From Micromonosporaceae bacterium (lineage in GTDB: Bacteria > Actinomycetota > Actinomycetes > Mycobacteriales > Micromonosporaceae), in assembly GCA_050701795.1 (NCBI GenBank), contig JBOGDK010000001.1, positions 1-60,932 on the forward strand: a stretch of 60,932 bases of DNA, written 5' to 3'. The position numbers and the translations under genes were made by a program. Positions 8,090 to 18,131 of this stretch are shown here, one piece after another; positions within the stretch are counted from its first letter, which is position 1, and each line of letters begins with the position of its first letter. The notes under the pieces are model-generated. The model ran no database searches, had not been told where the DNA came from, and worked only from the letters and a program-made list of their open reading frames with translations.

Positions 8090-9841
8090 ATGCCAACGTT
8101 GCGCGTCGCACTTGCCCAGACGAATCCGACCGTCGGCGGGCTGGCCGGCAACTCGGCCCTGGTCCGCGACTGGACCCGCCAGGCCGTGGCCGCCGCCGCT
8201 CACGTCGTGGTGTTCCCGGAGATGACGCTGACCGGGTATCCGCCGGAGGATCTGGTGTTCCGGGAGGCCTTCGTCGCCGCCAGCCGGGCCGCCCTGGCCG
8301 ACCTGGCGTCGACTCTGGTCGGCGATGGCGCCGGGGACTGCGCGGTCGTCGTCGGTTACCTCGACGCCGACGGACCCGCCCGGCTGGACGCCGACTCCGA
8401 CCCCGCCCGCGGACCCCGCAACGCCCTCGCCGTACTGCACGGCGGCCGGGTGGTCGCCACGTACTACAAGCACCACCTGCCCAACTACGGGGTGTTCGAC
8501 GAAGACCGCTACTTCGTCCCCGGCGACACCCTTCCGGTGGTACGCATCGGCGGCGTCGATGTCGCGCTCACGGTCTGCGAAGACCTCTGGCAGGCCGGCG
8601 GCCCGTTCGCGGTCGCCGGACGCGCCAACGTCGGGCTGGTGGTGAACATCAACGCGTCCCCGTACGAGCGGAACAAGGACGACGTACGGCTCCCGCTGGT
8701 ACGGCGTCGCGCCGCCGAGGCCGGCGCCACCGTGGCGTACGTGAACACCGTCGGCGGCCAGGACGAACTGGTCTTCGACGGCGACTCGATGGTGGTCGCC
8801 GCCGACGGCACCCTGCTCACCCGCGGAGTCCAGTTCGACGAGCAGCTCCTCGTCACCGACCTCGACCTGCCGGCCGCCGCCGGAGGCCCGTCCGGCGACG
8901 TCGGTGAGATGTCGGTGGAGCGGGTGACGCTGTCCGAATCCGTGGACACCCCGGCCGAGCCGGCGCCCCCGCCCGGGATCGCGGACCGGCTCGGCAGCGA
9001 GGCCGAGGTGTGGCAGGCGCTGGTCACCGGCACCCGGGACTACGTACGCAAGAACGGCTTCCGCTCGGTGGTCATCGCCCTGTCAGGCGGCATCGACTCC
9101 GCGGTGGTCGCCGCGATCGCCGTCGACGCCCTCGGAGCTGATCACGTTGTCGCGGTGTCATTACCGAGCCAGTTCTCCTCCGAGCACTCCAGGGACGACG
9201 CCGCCGACCTCGCCAAGCGCACCGGCCTGGAGTACCGGGTGGAGCCGATCCAGGAGATGGTCGACGCGTTCCTGGTCAACATGTCGCTGTCGGGTCTGGC
9301 GGTGGAGAACCTGCAGGCGAGGATCCGCGGTGTGGTCCTGATGGCGTTGTCCAACCAGGAAGGCCACCTGGTACTCGCCACCGGGAACAAGAGCGAGTAC
9401 GCCGTCGGCTACTCCACCCTGTACGGAGACTCCGTGGGCGGGTACGCGCCGATCAAGGACGTACCGAAGACGCTGGTACAACGGCTGGCGCGGTGGCGCA
9501 ACGAGCACGCCGCGACCCGTGGCCAGACCCCACCGATCCCGGAGCACACCATCTCGAAACCACCGAGCGCGGAGCTGCGTCCGGGCCAGTTGGACAGCGA
9601 CTCGCTCCCCCCGTACGACGTACTCGACGCGATCCTGGCCGGCTACGTCGACGACGATCTCGGCCACCGAGAGCTGATCGCCGCCGGGCACGACCCCGCC
9701 ATCGTGGAACGCGTGATCCGCCTTGTCGACACCGCCGAGTACAAACGCCGCCAGACCGCGCCAGGCCCCAAGATCAGCCACAAGTCCTTCGGCCGCGACC
9801 GCCGCCTCCCGATCACCAACCGCTTCCGCGAACACGCGTAA
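8090..9841 (+). CDS. nadE: Glutamine-dependent NAD+ synthetase
   Basis: N-terminal CN-hydrolase domain (LRVALAQ, VVFPEMTLTGY, CEDLW) plus a C-terminal synthetase domain with LSGGIDSAVVAA. The ATG at 8090 is preferred over the track start at 8021. Confidence 0.9.
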   Translation: MPTLRVALAQTNPTVGGLAGNSALVRDWTRQAVAAAAHVVVFPEMTLTGYPPEDLVFREAFVAASRAALADLASTLVGDGAGDCAVVVGYLDADGPARLDADSDPARGPRNALAVLHGGRVVATYYKHHLPNYGVFDEDRYFVPGDTLPVVRIGGVDVALTVCEDLWQAGGPFAVAGRANVGLVVNINASPYERNKDDVRLPLVRRRAAEAGATVAYVNTVGGQDELVFDGDSMVVAADGTLLTRGVQFDEQLLVTDLDLPAAAGGPSGDVGEMSVERVTLSESVDTPAEPAPPPGIADRLGSEAEVWQALVTGTRDYVRKNGFRSVVIALSGGIDSAVVAAIAVDALGADHVVAVSLPSQFSSEHSRDDAADLAKRTGLEYRVEPIQEMVDAFLVNMSLSGLAVENLQARIRGVVLMALSNQEGHLVLATGNKSEYAVGYSTLYGDSVGGYAPIKDVPKTLVQRLARWRNEHAATRGQTPPIPEHTISKPPSAELRPGQLDSDSLPPYDVLDAILAGYVDDDLGHRELIAAGHDPAIVERVIRLVDTAEYKRRQTAPGPKISHKSFGRDRRLPITNRFREHA

Positions 9842-9970
9842 CCCTGCGCGAGGGGGGTGTGACATGTTGCATGGTTTGGTATCGGGGGGTTGGGGTGGTG
9901 TCAGGATGACGGGATAAGGCTATGTCCACCCGGGGACCCGTACGCGGGCCTCGAGGCAAAGGAGCCGACT

Positions 9971-10828
9971 ATGTCCGTACCGCATGCCCAGCCACCCGAG
10001 GTGGCCTCTCTCTACGGCGGCCAGACCAGTACGAAACGGGTCCGGATCCCTCACCTGCTCGCCGCGAAGGAACGCGGCGAGAAGTGGCCGATGCTCACCA
10101 GCTACGACCAGTACACGGCGTCGATCTTCGACGAGGTCGGGATCCCGGTGCTGCTGGTCGGTGACTCCGCCTCCAACAACGTCTACGGCAACGAGACCTC
10201 GCTTCCGGTCACCTTGGACGAGTTGATCCCGCTGCTGCGGGCGGTGGCCCGCTCCACGAAACGCGCCCTGGTCGTGGGCGACCTGCCGTTCGGCAGCTAC
10301 GAGGCCGGCCCGGAACAGGCGCTCGGCAGCGCCGTACGGCTGATGAAGGAGGGCGGCGCACACGCGGTGAAGCTGGAGGGCGGCCGCCGGATGCGGCGCC
10401 AGATCACCGCGATGGCCGTGGCCGGGATCCCGGTGATGGGACACGTCGGCTTCACCCCGCAGAGCGAGCACCAGCTCGGCGGCTACCGGGTGCAGGGACG
10501 CGGGCTCTCAGCTGAGAACGTGGTCGCCGACGCGCACGCGGTCGCCGAGGCGGGGGCGTTCGCCGTCGTGCTGGAGATGGTGGCCGCGGATGTGGCGAAG
10601 CGGATCACCGCGGAGCTGCCGATCCCGACCGTCGGCATCGGCGCCGGCCCCGACACCGACGCCCAGGTGCTGGTGTGGCAGGACATGGCGGGCCTGCGTA
10701 CCGGGAAGACGCCGCGGTTCGTCAAGCGGTACGCCGACCTGCACGGCGTACTGAGCCGGGCGGCGGGCGAGTTCGCCGAGGAGGTGCGCGGCGGCGTCTT
10801 CCCGTCCGAGGAGCACGCCTTCTCGTAG
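9971..10828 (+). CDS. panB: 3-methyl-2-oxobutanoate hydroxymethyltransferase
   Basis: KWPMLTSYDQYTASIFDEVGIPVLLVGDSASN and GHVGFTPQ motifs. ATG at 9971 is preceded by AAGGAG. Confidence 0.9.
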   Translation: MSVPHAQPPEVASLYGGQTSTKRVRIPHLLAAKERGEKWPMLTSYDQYTASIFDEVGIPVLLVGDSASNNVYGNETSLPVTLDELIPLLRAVARSTKRALVVGDLPFGSYEAGPEQALGSAVRLMKEGGAHAVKLEGGRRMRRQITAMAVAGIPVMGHVGFTPQSEHQLGGYRVQGRGLSAENVVADAHAVAEAGAFAVVLEMVAADVAKRITAELPIPTVGIGAGPDTDAQVLVWQDMAGLRTGKTPRFVKRYADLHGVLSRAAGEFAEEVRGGVFPSEEHAFS

Positions 10829-10837
10829 GGTTGCCGG

Positions 10838-11182
10838 ATGCCGGTAACTGTGGACGAGGTCCGCGCGCTCGCCCTGACCCTGCCACGTACCGAGGAAGCC
10901 CTGGTGTACGACAGGGTCAAGTTCCGGGTACGCGGCCTCGTCTACGTGTCGTTCAGCCGGGACGAGACCCTGATGGGTTTCGGTTTCCCGAAGGAGGAGC
11001 GGGAGGCGCTGGTCGCCTCCGAGCCGGAGAAGTTCCTGATGCCGGAGCGTTCGGACCTGCGCTTCCAGTGGGTACGCGCCCGGGTCGCGGCGCTGGAGCC
11101 CGACGAGATGCGGGAGCTGGTGATCGACGCCTGGCGGATGGTGGTGCCGAAGCGGGTCGCCGCCGAGCACCTGGGCGGCTGA
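10838..11182 (+). CDS. MmcQ/YjbR family protein
   Basis: 114 aa. VDEVRALALTLP.TEE...FRVRG..Y pattern is typical of YjbR-like proteins. Confidence 0.6.
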   Translation: MPVTVDEVRALALTLPRTEEALVYDRVKFRVRGLVYVSFSRDETLMGFGFPKEEREALVASEPEKFLMPERSDLRFQWVRARVAALEPDEMRELVIDAWRMVVPKRVAAEHLGG

Positions 11183-11320
11183 TCAGACCCGTACGCCTCG
11201 CTGCCGGGCCAGTGTGCGGTCCGCCGTCAGCGCCGGCAGGTTACGGTCTGGCTGGTAATCGGTTCCTGTCGCTATGATTCCCGCGCCGGTGGAGCGATCC
11301 CCCGGCAACGGGGAGGGCAC

Positions 11321-14218
11321 ATGGGCCAGCCGGCGTTCGCGGTGCTCGGCCCCCTGCTGGTGTCCACCGGCGGTGCCCCGATCCGGATCGGCGGCCGGAA
11401 GCCGTCCGCGATTCTCGCCACGCTCCTGCTGCAGCCCTCCAGGTCGGCGTCCGTCGACGTACTCACCGAAGTGTTGTGGCCGTCGGGGGCGCCTCCGTCA
11501 GCGGTGGCGAACATCCGCACCTACGTCAACTCGCTCCGCAAGACGTTGGCCGCCGGCGGACTCGACCCCCAATGTGTGCGTACCGACCCCTCCGGGTACC
11601 GCCTCGACGTCGCTGACGACGACATGGACCTGGTGTGCTTCGAGCGGTTGCTCGGACAGGCCAGGTCCCGACACGCCGCCGGAGAGGATGCGCGAGCCCT
11701 CCAGGCGTACGACTCCGCGCTCGGTCTGTGGCGGGGACGTGCCCTGCAGGACCTCACCACCAGCGTGGTGTGGGACCCGGTGCTGACCCACCTCGGAGAG
11801 CTACGGGCGGCGGCGGTGGAGGAACGCGCCGAACTTCACCTCGCCCTCGGCCGGTACGAGACCGTCGTCGCGGACCTCAGAGCGATGCTGGCCGAAGACC
11901 CGATCCGGGAGAACCTGTGGCGGATGCTGGTGCAGGCGCTGTACCAGACCGGACGTACCGCCGAGGCGAGATCCGCGTACACCCGAGCCGAGACGGTGCT
12001 CGCGACCGAGCTCGGGGTCAGCCCGGGCGTAGCGCTGCGGCAGCTCGGCAGCCAGATCGCCACGAACGACCCGGACGGCCGTTGCGGGGGCGGTTGCGCG
12101 ACGCCGGTGCCGATCTGTCAGCTCCCGATGGACATCGCCGACTTCACCGGGCGAGGGCCCACGGTGGAGTCGACGCGAGAGCTGCTGCGCTCCGCCGGGC
12201 AGTGCCCCGTGGTGGCAGTGCTGTCCGGTGCGCCGGGCGTCGGAAAGACCACGCTCGCGGTGCACCTGGCGCACCAGGTACGCGACGCCTTTCCCGACGG
12301 TCAGTTGTTCGTCGAGATGGGGTCGGTGTCCGGCAGCCCGCGCCACCCCGCGGACGTACTGGCCGAACTCCTGCGGTGCCTCGGGCTGCCAGATCCGGCG
12401 ATCCCCGCGGACCTGGCCGAACGCGCCGCGGTGTTCCGGGCCCGGGTCGCCAGCCGCCGGGTGCTGGTGGTGCTTGACGATGTCCCCACGGGCGATCAGG
12501 TACGACCCCTGCTACCGGGCGCGGGTGGCTCCGCTGTCCTGATGACTTCCCGGCGCCGGCTGCCGGACGTACCGGGCCGGCACTGTGAAGTCGGCGTAAT
12601 GGAGCACCGGGAGGCTCGCAGGCTGTTCGCGGCGATCGTCGGTGAGGACCGGGTTCGTGACGAGACCGCCGACACCGACCGGGTGTTGTCCGCCTGCGGC
12701 CTGCTGCCGCTCGCGGTACGGATCGCCGGCGCCCGGCTGGCGAACCGTCCGGGTTGGACGATTCGGGAGTTGGCGGAGTCGCTGCACCCCGAGGACGGCC
12801 GCCTGGATCAACTCCGGGCAGGTGGGCTGGAGGTACGGGCCAGCGCCGACCTCAGTTACCGAGCGCTGTCGCCGTCGGCCGCCGCGACGTTCCGGGCACT
12901 GGGTCAGCTTCCCCACGTACCACTGCCCGGCTGGATCGTGTCCGCGGTCGGCCGAGGGTCGCCGCCACAGGACGACCTCGAGACCCTGCTCACCGAACAC
13001 CTGCTCCAGTACGTCGGAGCGGACCGGATCGGGCAGCCGCGGTACCAGCTGCACGGTCTGCTCCACGCGTACGCTGCCGAACTCGCCGCCCATGGCCCGC
13101 TTCCGGAGCGCCGGGCAGGTCAGCAGCACCTGGTACGAGCGTTCACCAACCTGGCACGTACCGCCAATCAACGTATGTCGACCCGATTCTTCGGCATCGT
13201 GGGCCATCGGCCGCGCAACGGCAACGACACCCACCACACCGCCGAGACGGTACGACGTGACCCCGTCACCTGGTTCGAAACCGAACGCCATCTGCTGGTC
13301 ACCTCCGTCGACTCCGCTGTCGCTCTTGGCCTGGCACCTCAGGCGGCCGATCTGGCGGTCGAACTCGCCGGCTACTTCGACCTGCGGGGGCACTACCGGG
13401 ACTGGTTGCACACTCATCGGGTGGTGCTGCGGGCGCTGCCCAACACACCCGACCGGTCCGCGGCGTCACTGCTGCGCAACATGGGCCAGCTGCACCTCTA
13501 CCAGGACCGGTACACCGATGCGCTGGCGGCTTTCGAACAGTCTCGATGGATGCTTCGAGAAGTCGGTGACGGCTGGGCGGAGAGCGTCGCCGCGATCGGC
13601 ACCGGGTCGGTGCACCGGATTCTCGGGGACTCCGACACCGCACTGAGCGACTTCACCTCGGCGCTGCACCACTTCGACAGCGCCGACGACCAGCACGGAC
13701 AGACCGTCGCTCACAACGCCATCGCCTCCGTCTGGCTGGACCGGCGGCGCCCCGACAAGGCGTCCCCGTGGTTGCGGACCGCGCTGCGGTTGTCATCGGC
13801 ACTCAGCGACCGGCACCGGGAGGCGCAGGTACGCCGCCGGATGGCGGTGCTGCACGAGATGGAAGGCGACCGCCGGAGCGCACAGCGACAGCTCGAGAAC
13901 GCGTTGGTGACCTTCGACGATCTCGGCGACGCCCACTGCGCCGCGTACGTCCAGCAGGCGATCGCTGAGCTGTGCTTCCGGGATGGCCGGCCGGCGGTGG
14001 CCTCCTCGCTCCTGACCGATGCGTTGAGCGTGCAACGGCAACTCGGGGATCGCCGTGCCATCGCGAGCGCGACCTCGCTGCTCGGTGAGCTGAATCAGGC
14101 GACCGGTCGTACCGGGACGGCGCGTCGCTATTTCCAGAGTTCCCTGTCGGCCTGGCGGCAGCTTGCACAGCAGGATCAGGTGGCGTTGATCGACGCGCGG
14201 CTGCGCAATCTGGGGTGA
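11321..14218 (+). CDS. AfsR/SARP-family regulator (OmpR-type winged helix + BTAD + NB-ARC STAND ATPase + TPR)
   Basis: 965 aa. N-terminal FAVLGPLLV...RIGGRK; BTAD-like LWRGRALQDL; Walker A GAPGVGKTTLA; TPR-like C-terminal half. Confidence 0.85.
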   Translation: MGQPAFAVLGPLLVSTGGAPIRIGGRKPSAILATLLLQPSRSASVDVLTEVLWPSGAPPSAVANIRTYVNSLRKTLAAGGLDPQCVRTDPSGYRLDVADDDMDLVCFERLLGQARSRHAAGEDARALQAYDSALGLWRGRALQDLTTSVVWDPVLTHLGELRAAAVEERAELHLALGRYETVVADLRAMLAEDPIRENLWRMLVQALYQTGRTAEARSAYTRAETVLATELGVSPGVALRQLGSQIATNDPDGRCGGGCATPVPICQLPMDIADFTGRGPTVESTRELLRSAGQCPVVAVLSGAPGVGKTTLAVHLAHQVRDAFPDGQLFVEMGSVSGSPRHPADVLAELLRCLGLPDPAIPADLAERAAVFRARVASRRVLVVLDDVPTGDQVRPLLPGAGGSAVLMTSRRRLPDVPGRHCEVGVMEHREARRLFAAIVGEDRVRDETADTDRVLSACGLLPLAVRIAGARLANRPGWTIRELAESLHPEDGRLDQLRAGGLEVRASADLSYRALSPSAAATFRALGQLPHVPLPGWIVSAVGRGSPPQDDLETLLTEHLLQYVGADRIGQPRYQLHGLLHAYAAELAAHGPLPERRAGQQHLVRAFTNLARTANQRMSTRFFGIVGHRPRNGNDTHHTAETVRRDPVTWFETERHLLVTSVDSAVALGLAPQAADLAVELAGYFDLRGHYRDWLHTHRVVLRALPNTPDRSAASLLRNMGQLHLYQDRYTDALAAFEQSRWMLREVGDGWAESVAAIGTGSVHRILGDSDTALSDFTSALHHFDSADDQHGQTVAHNAIASVWLDRRRPDKASPWLRTALRLSSALSDRHREAQVRRRMAVLHEMEGDRRSAQRQLENALVTFDDLGDAHCAAYVQQAIAELCFRDGRPAVASSLLTDALSVQRQLGDRRAIASATSLLGELNQATGRTGTARRYFQSSLSAWRQLAQQDQVALIDARLRNLG

Positions 14219-14259
14219 CATGTGGCGGCCCGCGGCCGCCAGATGGGACGGCGCACGCT

Positions 14260-14292
14260 GATGGCCGGCGGTAGCCACCACCGCCGGCCATC
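14260..14292. terminator. Bidirectional terminator hairpin between convergent genes
   Basis: GATGGCCGGCGGT-agccacc-ACCGCCGGCCATC, a perfect 13-bp stem. A second small hairpin (CAGTCCC-gc-GGGACTG) follows about 17 nt downstream. Confidence 0.6.
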
Positions 14293-14330
14293 AGGGTGAA
14301 TCGGTGTTCAGTCCCGCGGGACTGGACCGT

Positions 14331-14903
14331 TCAGCAGGCCTTCTGCTTCCGCTTGAGGTAGTCGTACCAGCGGACGCCCTCGACCACGGAGACGACGACG
14401 TTGCCGTCGTGCTTCTGCTCGTAGTGCAGGTGCGGAGACAGGTTGTACTTCGCGGACGACTTGCCGACCTTCCCGATCACCTGGCCCTTGCTGACCGTTG
14501 CGCCCTTGGAGACCATGCGATCACTGAGGTGCGCGTACCGGGTCCGCCAGTAGCCGCCGTGGCCGATCACGATGGTGTGCCCGTAGCCGGTGGCTGTCGA
14601 GTAGTAGGACGCCAGGACCTTCCCCCCGGCGCTGGCGACCACCCGGCGACCGAAGTCGTCGGGGGCGCCGCTCGCGTTGTAGTGGTTCCAGTCGATCGAG
14701 TGCGGCGGGTCGTGACCTCTCCAGTTGTTGCCCGTCCAGGTCTGACCACAAATGAACGGCATCCGGAAATTCGGCCGGGCGGTGACCCCGACCTCCGCCT
14801 CCGCGTTCGCCATCGTGGCCACCAGCACGCCAGCTGCCAGCGCCAACGTGGCCAGGAAGGCGAACAGTCGCCATCTGGCACGCGGCAAGCTCAATGCACG
14901 CAT
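14331..14903 (-). CDS. Secreted M23 family metallopeptidase
   Basis: HxxxD and HLH motifs (HSIDWNH, SPHLHYE) and GHTIVIGHG. ATG at 14903 is preceded by GGAGGAGG; the track start at 14954 is less likely. Confidence 0.8.
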   Translation of the reverse strand: MRALSLPRARWRLFAFLATLALAAGVLVATMANAEAEVGVTARPNFRMPFICGQTWTGNNWRGHDPPHSIDWNHYNASGAPDDFGRRVVASAGGKVLASYYSTATGYGHTIVIGHGGYWRTRYAHLSDRMVSKGATVSKGQVIGKVGKSSAKYNLSPHLHYEQKHDGNVVVSVVEGVRWYDYLKRKQKAC

Positions 14904-15035
14904 CGTTCCTCCTCCGGGAGTGAAGCGACCCGCCAAGGGCGGGCAGGTGTTCATCCAACGAGGAACGGATACAAACCAGATACAAGTCGGCTACTTGTCA
15001 GCGAACCCTTCCAGCCTCCGCGCCGGCAGCAGGCC

Positions 15036-15707
15036 CTAGACGTCGGTGACCCGGATCCCGGCGTGGGACTTGTACCGCCGGTTGACCGCTATCAGGTTCG
15101 CCGTCAGCGCCTCCACCTGACGCGCGTTACGCAGCCGACCGGCGTACACGCCCCGGATCCGCGGAATCCGGCCGGCGAGCGCGATCACCAGGTCGGTCGC
15201 CTCACGGTCGTCGCCGAGCACCAGGACGTCGGTGTCGATCTCGGCCACCTCGGGGTCGGCCAGCAGCACCGCGCTGATGTGGTGGAATCCGGCCACCACC
15301 CGGGATTCCGGCAGCAGCGCCAACGCCTGCTCCGCCGCGCTGCCTTCCGGCACCTCCAGGGCGTACGGCCCACGCTTGTCGAAGCCGAGCGGGTTCACAC
15401 AGTCGACCACGATCTTGCCGGCGAGCTGGTCGCGTACCGACTCCAGGGTCTTCGCGTGGCCGTCGTATGGCACCGCGACGATCACCAGGTCGGCCTCGGC
15501 GCTCACCGTGGCGTTGTCCCCGCCCGTGACCCGCCCCGCTTCGGCACCCGGCAGCGCCGAGAGCTCGGCGGCGACCGCGGCACCGCGCTCAGCGTCCCGG
15601 GACCCGATGAGCACCCTCTGGCCAGCACGGGCGAACCGGTACGCCAACCCACGCCCCTGGTCACCGGTGCCGCCCAGGATCGCCAGCGTCACGTCATCGA
15701 CAGACAT
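15036..15707 (-). CDS. npdG: NADPH-dependent F420 reductase
   Basis: 223 aa. LAILGGTGDQGRGLA dinucleotide-binding motif. Length and overall pattern are typical of NpdG. Confidence 0.75.
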   Translation of the reverse strand: MSVDDVTLAILGGTGDQGRGLAYRFARAGQRVLIGSRDAERGAAVAAELSALPGAEAGRVTGGDNATVSAEADLVIVAVPYDGHAKTLESVRDQLAGKIVVDCVNPLGFDKRGPYALEVPEGSAAEQALALLPESRVVAGFHHISAVLLADPEVAEIDTDVLVLGDDREATDLVIALAGRIPRIRGVYAGRLRNARQVEALTANLIAVNRRYKSHAGIRVTDV

Positions 15708-15717
15708 CCGGCCATCT

Positions 15718-17136
15718 TCACACGTCGGCGACGGTGAACTGGACGCGGCGTCGTGTGGGATCGGCCTCCACGAGGCGTACCCGTACCGGCTCGCCGGGTT
15801 TCAGGCCGGCCCCTTCACAACGGGCGCGTACCGGTGGGTCCTGCAGCGTGATCGAGGCGCGGTTGTCGCCGTTGACCTCGATCACCGCCGCGTCGAACGT
15901 CTGCCCGACCCGATCTGCGAGCAGCACCGCCTCGGTGAGGTCGATGGTGGCGCGTTCGGCTTCACCGGCGCGCCGGTCGGAGGACGTGATCACCTCTGGC
16001 AACTTCGGTACGGCCTCCCGCACCTCGGGCGGCACCTCGCCACCGGAGTGCAGCGCGAGACACACCTCGGTCGCGTACCGGTCCGGCAACCGCCGCAACG
16101 GGGCCGTGACGTGCGCGTACGGGGCGCCCACCCCGGCGTGTTCGGGATGATCCGGGGCCGCCCCGTCGAAGGCGGTGTAGCCGGCACCGCGGAGCAGTTC
16201 CGTGATCACGTCCAGCGCGGCGGCGCCATGCGGGGTAGCCGGGTCGAGCTGCGTCACCACCTCGCCGACGGTCACCCCGTCCGGCCACCGCACACCGAGC
16301 GCCTGGGCGGCCGCGCGTACCCGCGCCAGGTCTTTGGCTTCGGCCGTCGGGAGGGTACGCAGCAACCCGAAGCCCCCGTCGAGCATGATCGTGGCGGCGG
16401 CCATGCCGGTGAGCAGCGAGATCTGCGCGTTGTACTCCTCCACCGGGTACGGCGCCCGCAGCTCCAGCCGCCAACCATCCCCGTCCCGGGTGATCTCCTG
16501 TTCCGGAAGCGGCAGGTTGATCGCGCCGTGCCGTTCGGACCAGGCATGCCGCAACCTCCCCACCTCGGGCAACAGCGCGATCGGCTCCGGCGTGGTCCCG
16601 GCGTCGACGGCCCGCTGCACCTCGGCGTAGTCGAGCTTGGCGCGACTGCGTACCGCGGCGCGTGCCACGGTGACCCCGGTCTGTTCCGCTTCGCCGTCCA
16701 GGTCGATGGTCCACAGCACCGCGGGGCGTACCTGGTCCGGCAGCAGGCTCGCCGCGCCCTCACTGAGCACCTGCGGGTGCAGCGGCACCCGGTCGTCCGG
16801 GAAGTAGATTGTCTGACCCCGGGCCCAGCTTTCCGCGTCGAGGGCGGAGCCGTGCGGCACGTACGACAGCACGTCGGCGATCGCGTAGTGCACCCGGTAG
16901 CCGGAGCCCTGACGCGCGATGTGGACCGCCTGGTCGAGGTCGAGCGAATCAGGTGGGTCGATCGTCACGAAGCCGATGTCGGTGCGGTCCGGCAACCCGG
17001 CGAGCACATCGGTGGCGCGTTCCGCCGCTTGTTCAGCCTGTCGCATCGCCTCGGCGGGGAACTCGGTGGGCAGCTCCAGCTCGCGGCGCAACGCGCTGAA
17101 GTCGATCCGCGGGGCACGTACTCGCAGACTCGCCAC
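15718..17136 (-). CDS. RNB domain-containing ribonuclease (RNase II/R-like)
   Basis: 472 aa. FVTIDPPDSLDLDQAV and HAGVGAPYAHVTAPLRRLPDR match RNB catalytic motifs. Confidence 0.8.
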   Translation of the reverse strand: MASLRVRAPRIDFSALRRELELPTEFPAEAMRQAEQAAERATDVLAGLPDRTDIGFVTIDPPDSLDLDQAVHIARQGSGYRVHYAIADVLSYVPHGSALDAESWARGQTIYFPDDRVPLHPQVLSEGAASLLPDQVRPAVLWTIDLDGEAEQTGVTVARAAVRSRAKLDYAEVQRAVDAGTTPEPIALLPEVGRLRHAWSERHGAINLPLPEQEITRDGDGWRLELRAPYPVEEYNAQISLLTGMAAATIMLDGGFGLLRTLPTAEAKDLARVRAAAQALGVRWPDGVTVGEVVTQLDPATPHGAAALDVITELLRGAGYTAFDGAAPDHPEHAGVGAPYAHVTAPLRRLPDRYATEVCLALHSGGEVPPEVREAVPKLPEVITSSDRRAGEAERATIDLTEAVLLADRVGQTFDAAVIEVNGDNRASITLQDPPVRARCEGAGLKPGEPVRVRLVEADPTRRRVQFTVADV

Positions 17137-17173
17137 GCCTCACCAGCCTTCCTGGTCATCCCTCTGGCAGGGT

Positions 17174-17359
17174 CTACTCACCCTCCCACCGGGCGTCCTC
17201 GGCTTCCAGTTCAGATTCGCGCTGCTTGACCCGTTCCAGCGCCTGCTCCGCCTCGGCCGGCGTCCGGTACGGCCCGAGGAGATGCTGCGCGGGGCAGACG
17301 TCGCCGGTGGACTCCACCCGACTGTGCCGCAGGCACCAGGAATACGCCGTCTCGCTCAT
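17174..17359 (-). CDS. Small conserved-looking hypothetical protein (61 aa)
   Basis: MSETAYSWCLRHSRVE...RESELEAEDARWEGE. High GC3. The internal ATG is chosen because the upstream part of the 139-aa track ORF is Arg/Pro-rich. Confidence 0.5.
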   Translation of the reverse strand: MSETAYSWCLRHSRVESTGDVCPAQHLLGPYRTPAEAEQALERVKQRESELEAEDARWEGE

Positions 17360-17466
17360 GACCTCCACTCTGCCCGATGTCCGCACCTGGTTGGCTGCCG
17401 ACATCTCGACACGCCATCGCGGTCGGCGTGTTGACCCGCCCTCACCCCACCACGTGGGATGGGTCA

Positions 17467-18024
17467 ATGGCTGAACGGGTGAGCGCGGGCATCGAGCTGG
17501 CATTCGATGCCGAGACCGAAACCCGGATCCGCGAACTCTGGACCCGGGTGGAGGCCGAAGGCGTCGCCCCGCTGGCGAGTCACACCCATGCACAGCATCG
17601 CCCGCACCTGTCGGTCACGGTCGCCGACTGGCTCGACGTGACGGTGGTACGCGATGCCCTCGCCGCCCTGCCGTACCCCACCGGGCTACCCGTCGACCTG
17701 CGGTGCGTCGGCCTGTTCCCCGGTGGCGTGCTCTGGCTCGGCCCGGTCGTCACGGAGGAGCTGCTGACGCTGCACCACGAGATCCACCGGGCGCTGGATC
17801 GCGCTGGCATCGTGTGCTGGCCGTACTACCGTCCGGGGCGCTGGATGCCGCACTGCACGCTGGCGATGCAGGTCGACGACCACCTGCTCGGGGCCGCCGC
17901 TCGGCTTGCCTCGGACGCCCTGCCGATATCCGGCCAGCTCGTCGGCATGGACCTGGTACGCCACACCACGGACGCCGCCGAATACCACCCGCTGTCCTCA
18001 GTCGAGCCGCGGCACCGGCCATGA
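17467..18024 (+). CDS. 2H phosphoesterase (2'-5' RNA ligase/LigT-like) family protein
   Basis: Two HxT/S motifs (HRPHLSVT and MPHCTLA) at the expected spacing. Confidence 0.7.
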   Translation: MAERVSAGIELAFDAETETRIRELWTRVEAEGVAPLASHTHAQHRPHLSVTVADWLDVTVVRDALAALPYPTGLPVDLRCVGLFPGGVLWLGPVVTEELLTLHHEIHRALDRAGIVCWPYYRPGRWMPHCTLAMQVDDHLLGAAARLASDALPISGQLVGMDLVRHTTDAAEYHPLSSVEPRHRP

Positions 18025-18131
18025 CGGGGGGCGGGACGGAAGTCGCACCAGGTGCCGTCGAACGGGAAGTCTCCGGCTTCGATCAGCTTCACCACCCGTA
18101 CGCGGCCGTCGTACGGGTACCGTGCCGAGCT

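Noticed and set aside
9845-9905. G-rich tract (GGGGGG..GGGGGGTTGGGGTGG) in the panB leader as a G-quadruplex or pan-type RNA motif
   Set aside because: The G-runs do not give four cleanly spaced tracts. The known pan motif belongs to other phyla, and I could not match it.
11321-14218. SARP regulator as a marker of a secondary-metabolite biosynthetic gene cluster in this window
   Set aside because: No PKS, NRPS, terpene synthase, RiPP precursor or tailoring enzyme set is adjacent. The flanks are primary-metabolism and cell-wall genes.
15232-17229. 665-aa + strand ORF antisense to the F420 reductase and the RNB ribonuclease
   Set aside because: Shadow ORF; the minus-strand products have recognisable catalytic motifs.
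17826-18095. 89-aa minus-strand ORF (MVKLIEAGDFPFDGTWCDF...) between the 2H phosphoesterase and GNAT genes
   Set aside because: Only the first ~20 residues look protein-like and the rest is Arg/Ser/Pro-rich. It overlaps the 3' end of the 2H gene and has no RBS.
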